Shown here: positions 15,635-26,429 of the stretch, piece by piece
How positions within the stretch are numbered: position 1 is the stretch's first letter
Layout: the number at the start of each line of letters is the position of its first letter
Assembly: GCA_030704615.1 (NCBI GenBank)
Contig: CM060732.1
Span: 8,866,001-8,930,000, forward strand
Reading direction: 5' to 3'
DNA from: Takakia lepidozioides
Taxonomy: Eukaryota; Plantae; Bryophyta
Length of the DNA: 64,000 bases
Notes under the pieces: model-generated
Database searches by the model: none
What the model saw: only the letters and a program-made list of their open reading frames with translations
Told to the model about the DNA's origin: nothing
Program-made: the position numbers and the translations under genes

Positions 15635-18600
15635 CTCGGCACTTGGGCTCGGGTTGGTTCCTGTGCTTAAACTTATGGCCTGCGAAAACAATCAAAAATT
15701 TAGCTCCTATCAACATCAACAATCCTCAGGGTGATCCCTGGGAATTGGTTACTTATGCCAAATCTAGGGCTTCATGTGTAGTTTTTGGGGTGAATCCCAG
15801 GATGGACGATGTGTCCTTTAAAACTACATGCTCTAGCTTAGGCTTGGATTTCATGGCTAATGGTACCATCTCGAGACTTGATAACAGGGTACGTTGAAGG
15901 TTGCAATGACCAAAAGTGCTTCTAATAGAGTCCCACATCAATTCAATCTCAAAGAAGTTCGTCCCTTGACTGGCTGGAGAGCGGTCTTAGACATTGGTGA
16001 TTCAATGGGGCGCTCTAGGAAGACAACCAAGGGCAACAACTTCAACTTGAGAGTTTCTAATCGGTTTGATGCTCTGGATGAGGTTGAATCCAAACAGCCA
16101 GAAGGACAAGATGCCCCTAAGTGTACGGAACCTGAATGTCCTGAATCTGAAGGATTTGGTACTCTGAATGGTTTACCAATCCTCAAGGTTTACACAAGAC
16201 GAACAAATTCTATACACGGGGTAATTGTCCCCAAGCCGTCAGATGGACAATCTGTCTCTAAGTGTGCAGAGCCTGAAGGATTTGGTACTCTAAATGGTTT
16301 ACCAATCCTCAAAGTCTACACAAGACGAGCAAAATCTATACACGGGGTAATTGTCCCCAAGCAGTCTGACGGACAATCTGCCCCTATGTGTGCGGAGCCT
16401 GTGCGTCGTGTAACTGAAAGATTTGGTACCCTGAATGGTTTACCAATTCTCAAAGTTTACACAAGACGAGCAAAATCTACACATGGGGTAACTGTCCCCC
16501 CTTTGCAGAACGGTTGGCTGTCCAAGCTACCTAGACGACAAACAATTCACACGCAAAGGGCTGGCTTGCGGCTGGCCACTTTCAACTTCTCAGGGTTGAC
16601 CAACCAAAGGAAACAACTTGAAGTGGGACAAGTTCTTCGGACTAATGATATTCATATCTGTGCTGGGCAAGAAACATGGGAAACGTCGGATAAACTGGTT
16701 GGAGATGTCATTGGTTATAAATGGGCAGGTAAGATGTGTACTCTCAAGGCAGCCTCTGCCAAACGCGGTCAAAAAGGGGTCGGATTCTTTGTCCGTGATT
16801 TCTTGTTTGACAATTGTGAAATTATCAACAAGGGTTTGAGGTACGAGCATAGTATCTGGCTAAAACTGAATTTGAAGGGCGGCATGAGTACAAAGGACCT
16901 CTTTGTTGGTTGTGTTTACATGCCCACAGAGGGGACCCTTAGTGCTGATGCAGACAAGGCCTTCGAAGATGTAAAGCTGGACTGTGCTTCGTTCCTTGCC
17001 AAAGGTCAGGTGGTACTATTGGGGGACTTCAATGCCCGGGTGGGCAAAGGGATCCATCAGGACGATATCATTGGACCTTTTGGTGAGGACGAGCTGAATT
17101 CTAATGGCAGACGGTTAATTAACTGTCTAGAAGAGCTTCAGCTTTTGACCTTGAATAACAGGACAACAGGTGACCAAGTGCTGTGGACTCGTGAGAAACC
17201 CCAAACTGGGGAACGTTCCATTGTGGACTATATCATAATGGACAAAATTTTGTTCCCCCAGTGTGCCAATGTGTTGATCGACAGAACTGATATTGGTACC
17301 TCTGACCACTTCCTGGTTTGGACTGAGATCAAAAGGTGTTTTCCCACCACCTTGAGATCTGAAACGTTCGATTCGGAAGTGGCGCATAGAAAAATTCCAC
17401 AATGAGGAGGTCAAGGCTGAGTACGTCCAGGCCTTGCAAGAGGCTCTCCCTCATTTTGTCCAATCGCTCCAAGAACTTCAGTCACGCTCTGTTAACGCAA
17501 GAAATGAAGTCGAAAGAGCAGTGGACTCTTGGGAGAGTTTCGTTTCCTCCGTGGCTGACAAGATCATTGGGAGGAAACTAATTGTCTGCGGTACAGCAGT
17601 TAATTGGTGGACTAATGAGATTAAACTCAAGATAGCTGAGAGACGAGCCCTCTATAAAGAGTGCTGCAATTTGGAAACCAACAGAGAATTGTGGGCGAGG
17701 TACTACCAGCTCCGTAAAGATATCAATCAGCTTGTTAGGTCTCAGAAGAAATTATACTGGGACAAGTTATACAGTGAAATAAACTCAAACCACCATGGTG
17801 GTAATGACAAGAAATTCTGGTTGGCCCTTCAACATTTGTACAAACCGAAAAACGGTCAGCAAGTACAAGCGCTGAAGACTACTAAAGGTGCAGTGGTGAC
17901 TTCATCGGTTGACATTGTCAAAACCTTTGAAACTCACTACAGTATCCTTGGCAGAACTTTTAGGTCTAACAGTGAGGGGTCTTCTGCTGAATGGAGGGAC
18001 ACAGTTGGAAAAACTGTTCCTATGATTCAAAACAGCCCTGATGAACTGGAGTATATTTCAATGGCTTATAATGCTCCCATTAGTTCTTCTGAGATTGTGG
18101 AAGCAATTGAACATTTAAATGGATATAAAGCTGGTGGACCTGATGGTATTGTCAACGAGCTTATCAAGCACGGTGGCGATCCCATGATAGAGGCCCTAGT
18201 TCTCCTCTTTAACCTTATCTGGAAGACTGAAATGATCCCCTTTCGCTGGCGACAGGGGGTCATTGTCAATCTATACAAGAAGGGTGACAGAGAAGAACCG
18301 GGGAACTACCGTGGCATCACGCTCCTCAATGCTGTTGGCAAGACATTCTGCAGAGTTATAAGTACTCGTCTCGAGGTTGATCTGGAGTCTAGAGGTTGTT
18401 TCCACGAAGGCCAAGCTGGCTTTCGGCGAAACAGGGCTGTGTGGATCATATCTTCACTCTAAGCCAGATTATCCAGGGAAGGAAAAAAGAAGGGAAACCC
18501 ACTTATGTCTTTTTCCTGGATGTCAAAAAGGCTTATGACACAGTGTGGAGAGATGGCCTATGGTTCCACCTCTGGTCTTGTGGGATCAAGGGAAAGATGT

Positions 18601-21600
18601 GGAGAGTTGTCCACAACTTGTATGCTCACACCAAAAGCTGTGTCACTGTTAACGGACAGAAGTCCAACTTCTTTGACATATTATTGTACTCATAAGATGT
18701 TGTTTGCCGTAGCCTTGTGGCCATTGACCCCGCGCCCAGTTTGAGCGGGAACAAAAGGGACAGAACCTACCTCTGTCAGGGGCTGACGTTGGTAGTAAGA
18801 CTTACCTCCATATAAAGAATTAATCCGGGTTTTCCAGATATCCTCTAGAAATCCCTTCACACAAGCATCAATCTGCTGTGTGTGATTTGCCCAAAAACTA
18901 GGCCTCAGGAGGGCCTGGGCTTTTGGCTCAGCCTCGAGACTTTCAAAGTTGGTAAACAGGGGTACAGGCACAATTCCCTTAATAGATTTGAAGAGAGCGT
19001 CTCTTTGGTGAAAGAACCCCGGACAGTGTATCAGAAAATGAATACTGTCTTCAGATTGCCCACACAACGGGCAATTGCACTCTCCCTTTCCTCTCTGCTT
19101 CTGTTTGCTGTTCAAAGGTAGGCTTCCTGCCCTGAGTTTAAATTTCAGTCTAGTGCCGAGAGTGGGTAGACCCTTGAGGTCATCCAAGATGTCCTCCCCC
19201 ATGTCACAGACTGGAAACAAGTTCAGGGAAGTTTTCTGCCTACCTTCATTTTCATCAGACAATCTCATGGCAACAGACATGGCTGAGGACACTACAGCCT
19301 CTAAGTCAGATTTATCCAGCACTTGCGGATCCAGGTCCTTGAGGATCTCTTCTGCCAGGACTTAGCCTGTTTGACAGGGCGGTCCTGTTTCCAAGATATA
19401 GAGTCGATTAATTTAGGATATCTGGTGTTGGGCATATGTTGCAGCTGACCCCACCATCTGACCTTGAATTCATCTCGTCGGGGCTTAAGGACGGAATGCC
19501 AAACTCACCCCGAACAGCCACATTGGCTGTTTTGGAGCATGCTGACATACACTCCTTAAGCACCCCCACTTGAATGGATTCTAGAGACTTAGCCTGGTTG
19601 GAGTTATCAACCCATATAGCAGATCCGTACTCCAAGGCAGGTCTAATAACGCGACAAAGCATGGTTTTCTTACCCTCAGAGTTGACCCCTCTGCAGTGGA
19701 AAAATTTAGTGAGCCCCAGAGCTTTGCCCTTGCCAGTTTGAACAACTTTCCGGATATGTGCATCCCAATTACAATTGGAGGAGAACTCAACGCCCAGGTA
19801 AGTGTAGGAAGGGAGGACCGGGATCTCTTGGCTACCCCACTGCCACTTAAGATCACTTCCTCCCTCTCCTCTGTCGTTGAATGCTACCACTGCACATTTG
19901 CTGACATTAGCCTCTAGCCCCCAAAGACCAAGGTGTAGCTCAAGGATGTACTCTCTCCCCTCTGCTCTTCAATGTTTTCATCAATCAACTCCTCGAGGAT
20001 GTGGAAAGTGAGGGATTTGGGTTAAGGGTGGGTGATACCACCATACCGGCCCTTATGTTTGCGGATGACTTCGCAGGCATAGGGGAGACTCCAACCAATC
20101 TCCAGGAGTTGATTGATTGCGCGAAGAGATACTTTGATCTTTGGGGGCTAGAGGCTAATGTCAGCAAATGTGCAGTGGTAGCATTCAACGACAGAGGAGA
20201 GGGAGGAAGTGATCTTAAGTGGCAGTGGGGTAGCCAAGAGATCCCGGTCCTCCCTTCCTACACTTACCTGGGCGTTGAGTTCTCCTCCAATTGTAATTGG
20301 GATGCACATATCCGGAAAGTTGTTCAAACTGGCAAGGGCAAAGCTCTGGGGCTCACTAAATTTTTCCACTGCAGAGGGGTCAACTCTGAGGTTAAGAAAA
20401 CCATGCTTTGTCGCGTTATTAGACCTGCCTTGGAGTACGGATCTGCTATATGGGTTGATAACTCCAACCAGGCTAAGTCTCTAGAATCCATTCAAGTGGG
20501 GGTGCTTAAGGAGTGTATGTCAGCATGCTCCAAAACAGCCAATGTGGCTGTTCGGGGTGAGTTTGGCATTCCGTCCTTAAGCTCCCGACGAGATGAATTC
20601 AAGGTCAGATGGTGGGGTCAGCTGCAACATATGCCCAACACCAGATATCCTAAATTAATCGACTCTATATCTTGGAAACAGGACCGCCCTGTCAAACAGG
20701 CTAAGTCCTGGCAGAAGAGAGTAGAAGAGATCCTCAAGGACCTGGACCTGGATCCGCAAGTGCTGGATAAATCTGACTTAGAGGCTGTAGTGTCCTCAGC
20801 CATGTCTGTTGCCATGAGATTGTCTGATGAAAATGAAGTTAGGCAGAAAACTTCCCTGAACTTGTTTCCAGTCTGTGACATGGGGGAGGACATCTTGGAT
20901 GACCTCAAGGGTCTACCCACTCTCGGCACTAGACTGAAATTTAAACTCAGGGCCGGAAGCCTACCTTTGAACAGCAAACAGAAGCAGAGAGGAAAGGGAG
21001 AGTGCAATTGCCCGTTGTGTGGGCAATCTGAAGACAGTATTCATTTTCTGATACACTGTCCGGGGTTCTCTCACCAAAGAGACGCTCTCTTCAGATCTAT
21101 TAAGGGAATTGTGCCTGTACCCCTGTTTACCAACTTTGAAAGTCTCGAGGCTGAGCCAAAAGCCCAGGCCCTCCTGAGGCCTAGTTTTTGGGCAAATCAC
21201 ACACAGCAGATTGATGCTTGTATGAAGGGATTTCTAGAGGATATTTGGAAAACCCGGACTAATTCTTTATATGGAGGTAAGTCTTACTACCAACGTCAGC
21301 CCCTGACAGAGGTAGGTTCTGTCCCTTTTGTTCCCGCTCAAACTGGGCGCGGGGTCAATGGCCACAAGGCTACGGCAAACAATGTCTTATGAGTACAATC
21401 TCTCTCTCTTCTGCTCTTTATGTTTGACTCAGGGCGGGAAGCCTACCTTTGAACTGCAAACAGACGCAGAGAGGAAAGGGGGGATTGCAAATGACAGTTG
21501 TGTGGCCAACCTAAGGACAATATCCACTTTCTGATTCCTTTTCCTGGGTACTCTCACCAGAGAGACACCCTCTTCAAATCCATCAAGGGAACTGTTCCTG

Positions 21601-23314
21601 TACCTCTGTTTACCAACTTTGAAAATCTCGAGGCTTGGCCAAAAGCCCAGGCCCTTTCGGGGTCTAGCTATTGGGCCAATCACACAGAGCAGATTGATGT
21701 TTGTGTGAAGGGATTTCTAGAGGACATCTGAAAAACTCGGATCAGTTGTCTGTTTCAAGGTAAGTCATACTACCCCTGACAAAGGTAGTTTCTGTCCCTT
21801 TGTGTTCCGCTCAAACTGGGCGTGGGGTCAATGGCCACAAGGCTACAGCAAACAACCTCTTATGAGTACATTCTTTATGTTTGACGGTACAACAGCAGTG
21901 CAATCATTCAGAAGCCACATTCATAATCTCTTTCCAGCTAGAGAGCTTAGCCGCAGTTAGCCGCAGTGCAGGCATGAACTTCATACTTTTCTACTAAGAG
22001 TCAATGCTACCCCGTGTATTAGTGATACTCAATTGTAATCATCTGTGCCCCCTCGCTTTGGCAAGTTCAGAAGATGGTGACTCCAGTGAATACTTTCAGA
22101 GAATTATGACAGATACTCTTTTCAAAGACAGGCTCTCTCTTGAAGCCTCCAACAAGCTATCACTACATTGTTTTGTGCCAAGTTTGAGGAGCTGAAGACC
22201 AAGCTGAAAATTGAGGATCTGTAATCTGAGGTGAAAATTTGCATCACACTGATGCTTCGGCTACAAGCTTTCAGAGCATATCTGTAAGGTCAGAACCAAT
22301 TTGTATTTTACTAGAATGGGCATTTCACAACTGTAGCGCCCCCACTGCTGCTATCTTCCCTTCCCCCACGCCTCTTCCCACTTGTCTGCTCCTCAGTGGC
22401 CACAAAGGTACAGCAAGCATTGTCTAATGAGTCCATCTGTGTGGGTGTGTACAGGATAATGAACGGATAACCCTAACCATACACAGTATATCAACACTGG
22501 GAATTGAGGAAGTTCACATAGTAAGCATCCCAGGTGTGCGGTAGCTGCCACTGATACAATTTCGACTCTCTCACTCATGCGAAGAATTTCCCTTCAGAAT
22601 CACGGCCATAACAATAGGATTGGAACTGTGTGTGAGTAGACCAAATTAACTAAATCTACAGTTTCTGCCTATTGCACGCATTCACCCACCTCCCTCCCCA
22701 TCGAGATAGTCGCTCTGAGCTCCAACCCAGCACGGAAGGCCAGCATAAATCCCCTAGCGCACTTCTATACGGTACTGACCTCAAGAGTGATCTCACTGTA
22801 AGAGTGAATCGAAATTCCGAACGGGGTCTGGAGATGTACAACCAGGCACACTAGAGATAATTGTCGTGATACATATATGTAGGAATTACAAAGAGCCGTA
22901 TTTGAACAGCTCAGGTGCTATATTTCTAGTTACTTTGCAAGAAAGACCCGACGACATCGAGCCTCCTTGCCTTTCAAGAGAGCACTCCTCACTCAATATA
23001 GAGCCCTTCACTGCCACCCCCACTCCTCACCCAACATCTAGCTTCCAGAAACCATCATGGTGACGAAAATATTCCCCTGTCAGGCTAGGGTTCCTTCTGA
23101 GCTGAATAAGCCAAAGAATGATAAACAAGTTTAGCTCCACGAGCTGTACTACAGAGCAGGAGTGAGATGCAAGCAACTGACCAACAATGCTCCTTCCCAC
23201 TGCCACGGCAAACAAAGCCTGCGAGTGATGAAACGCAGCACACTGTGGCTGAATCCCCGGGGATCCAGCCCGCACCGGCCGCAGATCCAAATGTTGTGTC
23301 GTCACCCACTTCAT
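1..23314 (-). CDS. TWD40-1: TPLATE/TSET complex WD40 subunit TWD40-1 (At3g50590-like), multi-exon; 3' end lies beyond the left edge of the window
   Basis: ATG at 23314 gives MKWVTTQHLDLRPV...AAFHHSQALFAVAVG, matching the remembered N-terminus MEWATVQHLDLRHV. Exons that splice in frame: 23182-23314, 14441-14550 (EFDALTGC), 13388-13559, 13030-13130 (TKIKTDLKKP), 12553-12625 (YVAYAEG), 12162-12300, 11533-11693, 10664-10788, 10294-10399, 9643-9736, 9171-9222, ~8728-8829, ~8218-8364, ~7618-7780, ~7153-7439, ~6630-6783, ~6195-6348, ~5868-6037, ~4969-5166, ~4514-4628, 4132-4286, 2631-3100, 1301-2382, 684-878, 1-297. Confidence 0.88.
1301..2382 (-). CDS. TWD40-1: TWD40-1 large exon (low-complexity Gly/Pro/Gln-rich linker)
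   Basis: AG acceptor at 2383-2384, GT donor at 1299-1300; EEFKKGMYG, KFQIKINAKP and GPIPEDFW motifs within ORF 1214..2497. Confidence 0.85.
2536..2589 (-). mobile_element. 54-bp 5'-truncated LINE 3' end with target-site duplication
   Basis: Matches the LINE terminus (...ggcaaacaacgtcttatgagtac). Flanked by tttagtagtatagaagagatt at 2515-2535 and 2590-2610. Confidence 0.9.
2631..3100 (-). CDS. TWD40-1: TWD40-1 exon (YGAFDHAKETFEVV...KGPEWGGGNWELK)
   Basis: Conserved PKGPEWGGGNWE motif with canonical splice sites. Confidence 0.85.
3230..3837 (+). mobile_element. 5'-truncated RTEX-like LINE (C-terminal CCHC region), intronic
   Basis: ORF 3242..3832 is nearly identical to the C-terminus of 20001..21392. 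TSD ttctaaccca[t/g]gaagt at 3214-3229 and 3838-3853. Confidence 0.9.
13936..13950 (+). mobile_element. Minimal LINE 3'-terminal remnant (cgtcttatgagtaca)
   Basis: 15-nt exact match to the LINE terminus, flanked by ctgttctct[g/a]tct at 13917-13929 and 13951-13963. Confidence 0.6.
15569..15631. repeat. (CT)n microsatellite at the 5' junction of the full-length LINE
   Basis: About 31 CT units; a short tctctctctct tract also follows the LINE 3' end at ~21399. Confidence 0.95.
15894..18682 (+). pseudogene. LINE ORF 5' part: N-terminal extension, APE endonuclease, RT N-terminus (frameshifted)
   Basis: ORFs 15894..17405, 17434..18462 and 18396..18695; interrupted at ...FFDI by the nested inverted copy. 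Confidence 0.85.
16090..16502 (+). repeat. Three in-frame 126-141 bp tandem repeats encoding (E)GFGTLNGLPILKVYTRRAKSxHGV
   Basis: Repeat cores start at ~16149, 16275 and 16416. Confidence 0.9.
18683..19927 (-). mobile_element. Antisense 5'-truncated copy of the same LINE nested inside the RT of the full-length copy
   Basis: Reverse complement of ~20138-21398. The host reading frame (FFDI|DQGVAQG) resumes at ~19925. Confidence 0.92.
19925..21392 (+). CDS. LINE ORF 3' part: RT catalytic core and C-terminal CCHC
   Basis: Open frame DQGVAQGCTLSPLLFNVFIN...PALMFADD...CPLCGQSEDSIHFLIHCP...ANNVL*. Confidence 0.88.
21429..21871 (+). mobile_element. Older, diverged 5'-truncated LINE copy
   Basis: Homologous to the LINE 3' end with indels and stops; 14-bp TSD tctttatgtttgac at 21415-21428 and 21872-21885. 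Confidence 0.88.
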
Positions 23315-24246
23315 GACGTCCCTTCCTGCTCCCACCGTGCACGCCTCTCATGCGCTGCTACCTCGCCTCCATGCCCGATTTGCAACCTTTCTCTTCTCAC
23401 GATCTGCGCAAGCCTCCAGTACTGCAAACTGATGAGAGATGTTCTCCCTACAGTGGAAGATTGTACAAGATCTGATGATCATCCCCCCGTACACACACCC
23501 CCTGCTTCTTCCCCAATCAACCACACTCTTTCTTAACACTTAACACAATCAATCTCTCTCTCCTCTCCTTTCATTACACACATACGTCCGAAAAATACCG
23601 GGAAAATACATGCGCCTGGTATGTATACCTCGCTAGGTGTGTAGGTAGGTAGGTACCTAACAGTGTTGAGAGGGTTTTAGATTTTTATTTTTATTATTTT
23701 TATTTATTTTTGGGGAACAGGGGGATTGTAGCCCTGTACACTTTATTAAAATGATAAGGAAAAAATAACCCTACAGATTGCCTTTGAGGCTAAGAATTGA
23801 GGTGCCACTCCGATCCAAAAGCAACACTAGTAGAGGAGAAGAAAAGGCAGAGAGAAACAACTACAGGAGCTTAAACAATTGTAAGCTGCAAGGAAACAAG
23901 AAGGAGAAAACTGAGATAGAAAAAGGGCAGTTGAGAGAGCTGCAGCTAAAGGCAATCAGAACAAACAGTGGCTGATGCCTATATCTAGTTCCTAAAAACT
24001 AAATTACCAGTAACTATGGCTGGATAGCCACAAGATGTGATAGTGACCATAGCCTCACTAGGTCCTCCACCATTGTCCCTACTACACTCAAACTCAATAG
24101 ATCAAGAGGCCGGGTACAAGAGTTGCCCCATCGTTAGTCGCCGTCTTGCAACCTGTGAACTTGAGCTTGAGATCTTGGGTATTGACTCCTATGAGTTTGG
24201 CCTCCCATGTCTTATGAGCTGCCACTAGTCATATCCACTACCACTA

Positions 24247-25989
24247 TCCCAAGCAGGGTGGACATATCAATCTCCATCAGGAACCCTCTCAAGAGGTGGT
24301 GTCAAGCTTCCCGTGTGCCAACCTCTTGAGCATCGATCACACACAAGCATAGTGGCGGCACCACGAGCATGCCCACATAGCATGCAATGCAATCCTGCAG
24401 GTACCACTGCAAGGTTGGGATCTATCCTCCCATCCACATGTGGAAGGTGACATGGCGCACAATTACGCACATGGTCCTTCCATACCATGCCATCTCGACC
24501 CTCCAGAATCAACACTCCTGAAGGCAACACCTCCCTGACCCTTAGAATCACACGTCCTGCTGTGACATCCAAGGTCATAGGCGATGTCTGCTGCAGATAC
24601 ACATAGTCCCCAGGGTGGAAACACCGAACACCTGGCCAATATCCCCCTCCACGTATAGTGACATACCTCAATGTCTCGGTGTTGGGCAATAGCAAGATTC
24701 TCAAAAGCCATAGGCATGACTTTCTTGAACAACTCTACCCGCTGGGCACATGCTTGTGTCCACACATCCGGATCATCAAGGTTGAGGACTATTGCAGCCT
24801 CCTTGCGAATAGATGCAGACAAATCTGGCTCTCGGCCAAAGAGAAGGAAATATGGTGAGCAGGAGGCAAGTGATGCTTGCTTGCTGAACCTGTAGCCCAT
24901 GGCTAACCAAGGTACCTGAAGATCCCAATCTCCTAGGTGTCCCTTTTGCAAGCCATACTTGCGCAAACCCATCTTCACCGTCTGCACCACTCTCTTTGCC
25001 AAGCCATCGGCCTGAGGATGATCCCGAGAAGTGGTATGGTGGTCTATCAAGGCTTTATCACACAAAGCCTGAAACTCCCCGAAGAACTCTCTCCCTTGGT
25101 CTGTGAGTACCTCATTCGGAGCACCGAATCGGCTAAGCACATGATCCAGGAATGCATACGCAGCCCCCTCAATAGCCTTGTCAGGCAATGGAACCAACTC
25201 AATCCACTTGGAGAAGTGCTCCACCATCACCAACACATATCTATGGTGACGCATCGTCAGTGGCACAGGCCCTGCAAAGTCAAGACTCCACCTGTAGCCC
25301 AATCCCATGATGGGTAAAAGATGCAACTGTGGTGTAGGGGCGTTGAATGAAGCACGCACCTTGTCACACACCATGCACCTAGCCACGAACTGTTGCACCT
25401 TTGTGTGCATACCACGCCACCAATACTGCCCCTGCAGTAAACTATGAGTGCGTCGCACTCCAAAATGCCCCAACTCCTCATGGGCATGCCGTACTAACCG
25501 TGCACGTTGTGTTGGGTGAGGCACGATCCTCACCCGACCATCCTCCCACACTCGAAGCAGGTGTATCCCCTCCCACTTGAACCTCTTGGCTCGTTGTAGG
25601 ATCCGATCCCTCTCATTGGCAGTCACTCTAGCTGCCGTGTCTCCAGTGCGGAGGTAGTCCAACACAACCGAATCCTCATGTATATCTCTGGCACCATCTG
25701 GCTCATCACTAGCCTCAGGGTCCTCAGACACTCCGTCTACAGTCATCCCTGTTGTAGGTCCAACCTGACCTCCCAATGCCAAGATACACAAAAAGGTAGA
25801 TGCATGCCATCCCGGCACCATCTCCTCGTCTGTCTCACCATGCCACCGAGCTCCAGTGTCATCCTGCTGGCTCATGCATGGATTACAACTCAATCCATCC
25901 GTATCCCTATTGACCAAACCCGATCGATGCACAACCCGAACATGTCTCTCATGCTCCTCCACCGTAGCACAAGAGGCAAAGCAATTCAT
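24247..25989 (-). pseudogene. Gypsy integrase (HHCC + DDE) with C-terminal PHD finger, preceded by RT/RNase H remnants
   Basis: AHEELGHFG..RT..C..C; WSLDFAGP; LTDQGREF; HPQADG. PHD CMLC...VCDRCSRGWH..LTPPL.RVPDG.W.CPPC (frameshifted). Confidence 0.88.
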
Positions 25990-26429
25990 GTAAGCCTCAG
26001 GAACCGCCGTATACGTCGTCTCTCTCCTCTAGTGACAATAGGTCCAACGTCAGGCTCCCAATTGCCCTTCGTAACTGCAACCTTAAGTTCAGCAGACTTA
26101 GAGGTAGAGGACGTGTCCCGTGGTTGCTATGCCGCAACCTCTTGAGCAGTACTCCCTGCCTGCTCAGTCAATGACAAAGCCTCATCCTGCCCCATCATCT
26201 CATCCTTGAGGACCTCCTCAACCCGAGAAGAATCCCCAACCTCATCCATTACAGCCGCCTTGGCTGCCAACTCCCTCTGAACCTCGAGCACCTCCCACGT
26301 GTGCCATGGATGTCTACACCCCGTGGTCTTCACCAGCTCGCCCCCACTCACTGCCTGTATAGTCTCGGTAGGCAGAGAGACCGTCAAGGGAAGTGCACTC
26401 CGCACTCTTCGTTGCTCAGCCATAGCCAA

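Larger units (their letters stand above)
15632..21398 (+). mobile_element. Near full-length RTEX-like LINE (APE endonuclease - RT - CCHC) in intron 1 of TWD40-1, antisense to the gene
   Basis: APE motifs ATFNFSGL, GQETW, LGDFNARVG, VDYII, SDH. RT motifs NYRGITLL, FLDVKKAYDTVWR, GVAQGCTLSP, MFADD, YTYLGV. Also RPALEYGSAIW, TANVAVRGEFG and CPLC...HFLIHCP, which resemble RTEX. Frameshifted. Confidence 0.88.

Noticed and set aside
15443-15734. ERERER / SLSLSL ORFs
   Set aside because: Translations of the (CT)n microsatellite.
18683-19927. Twin-priming 5' inversion of a single LINE
   Set aside because: Twin priming inverts without duplicating. Here the 3' end is present twice and the host ORF resumes seamlessly, which indicates a nested copy.
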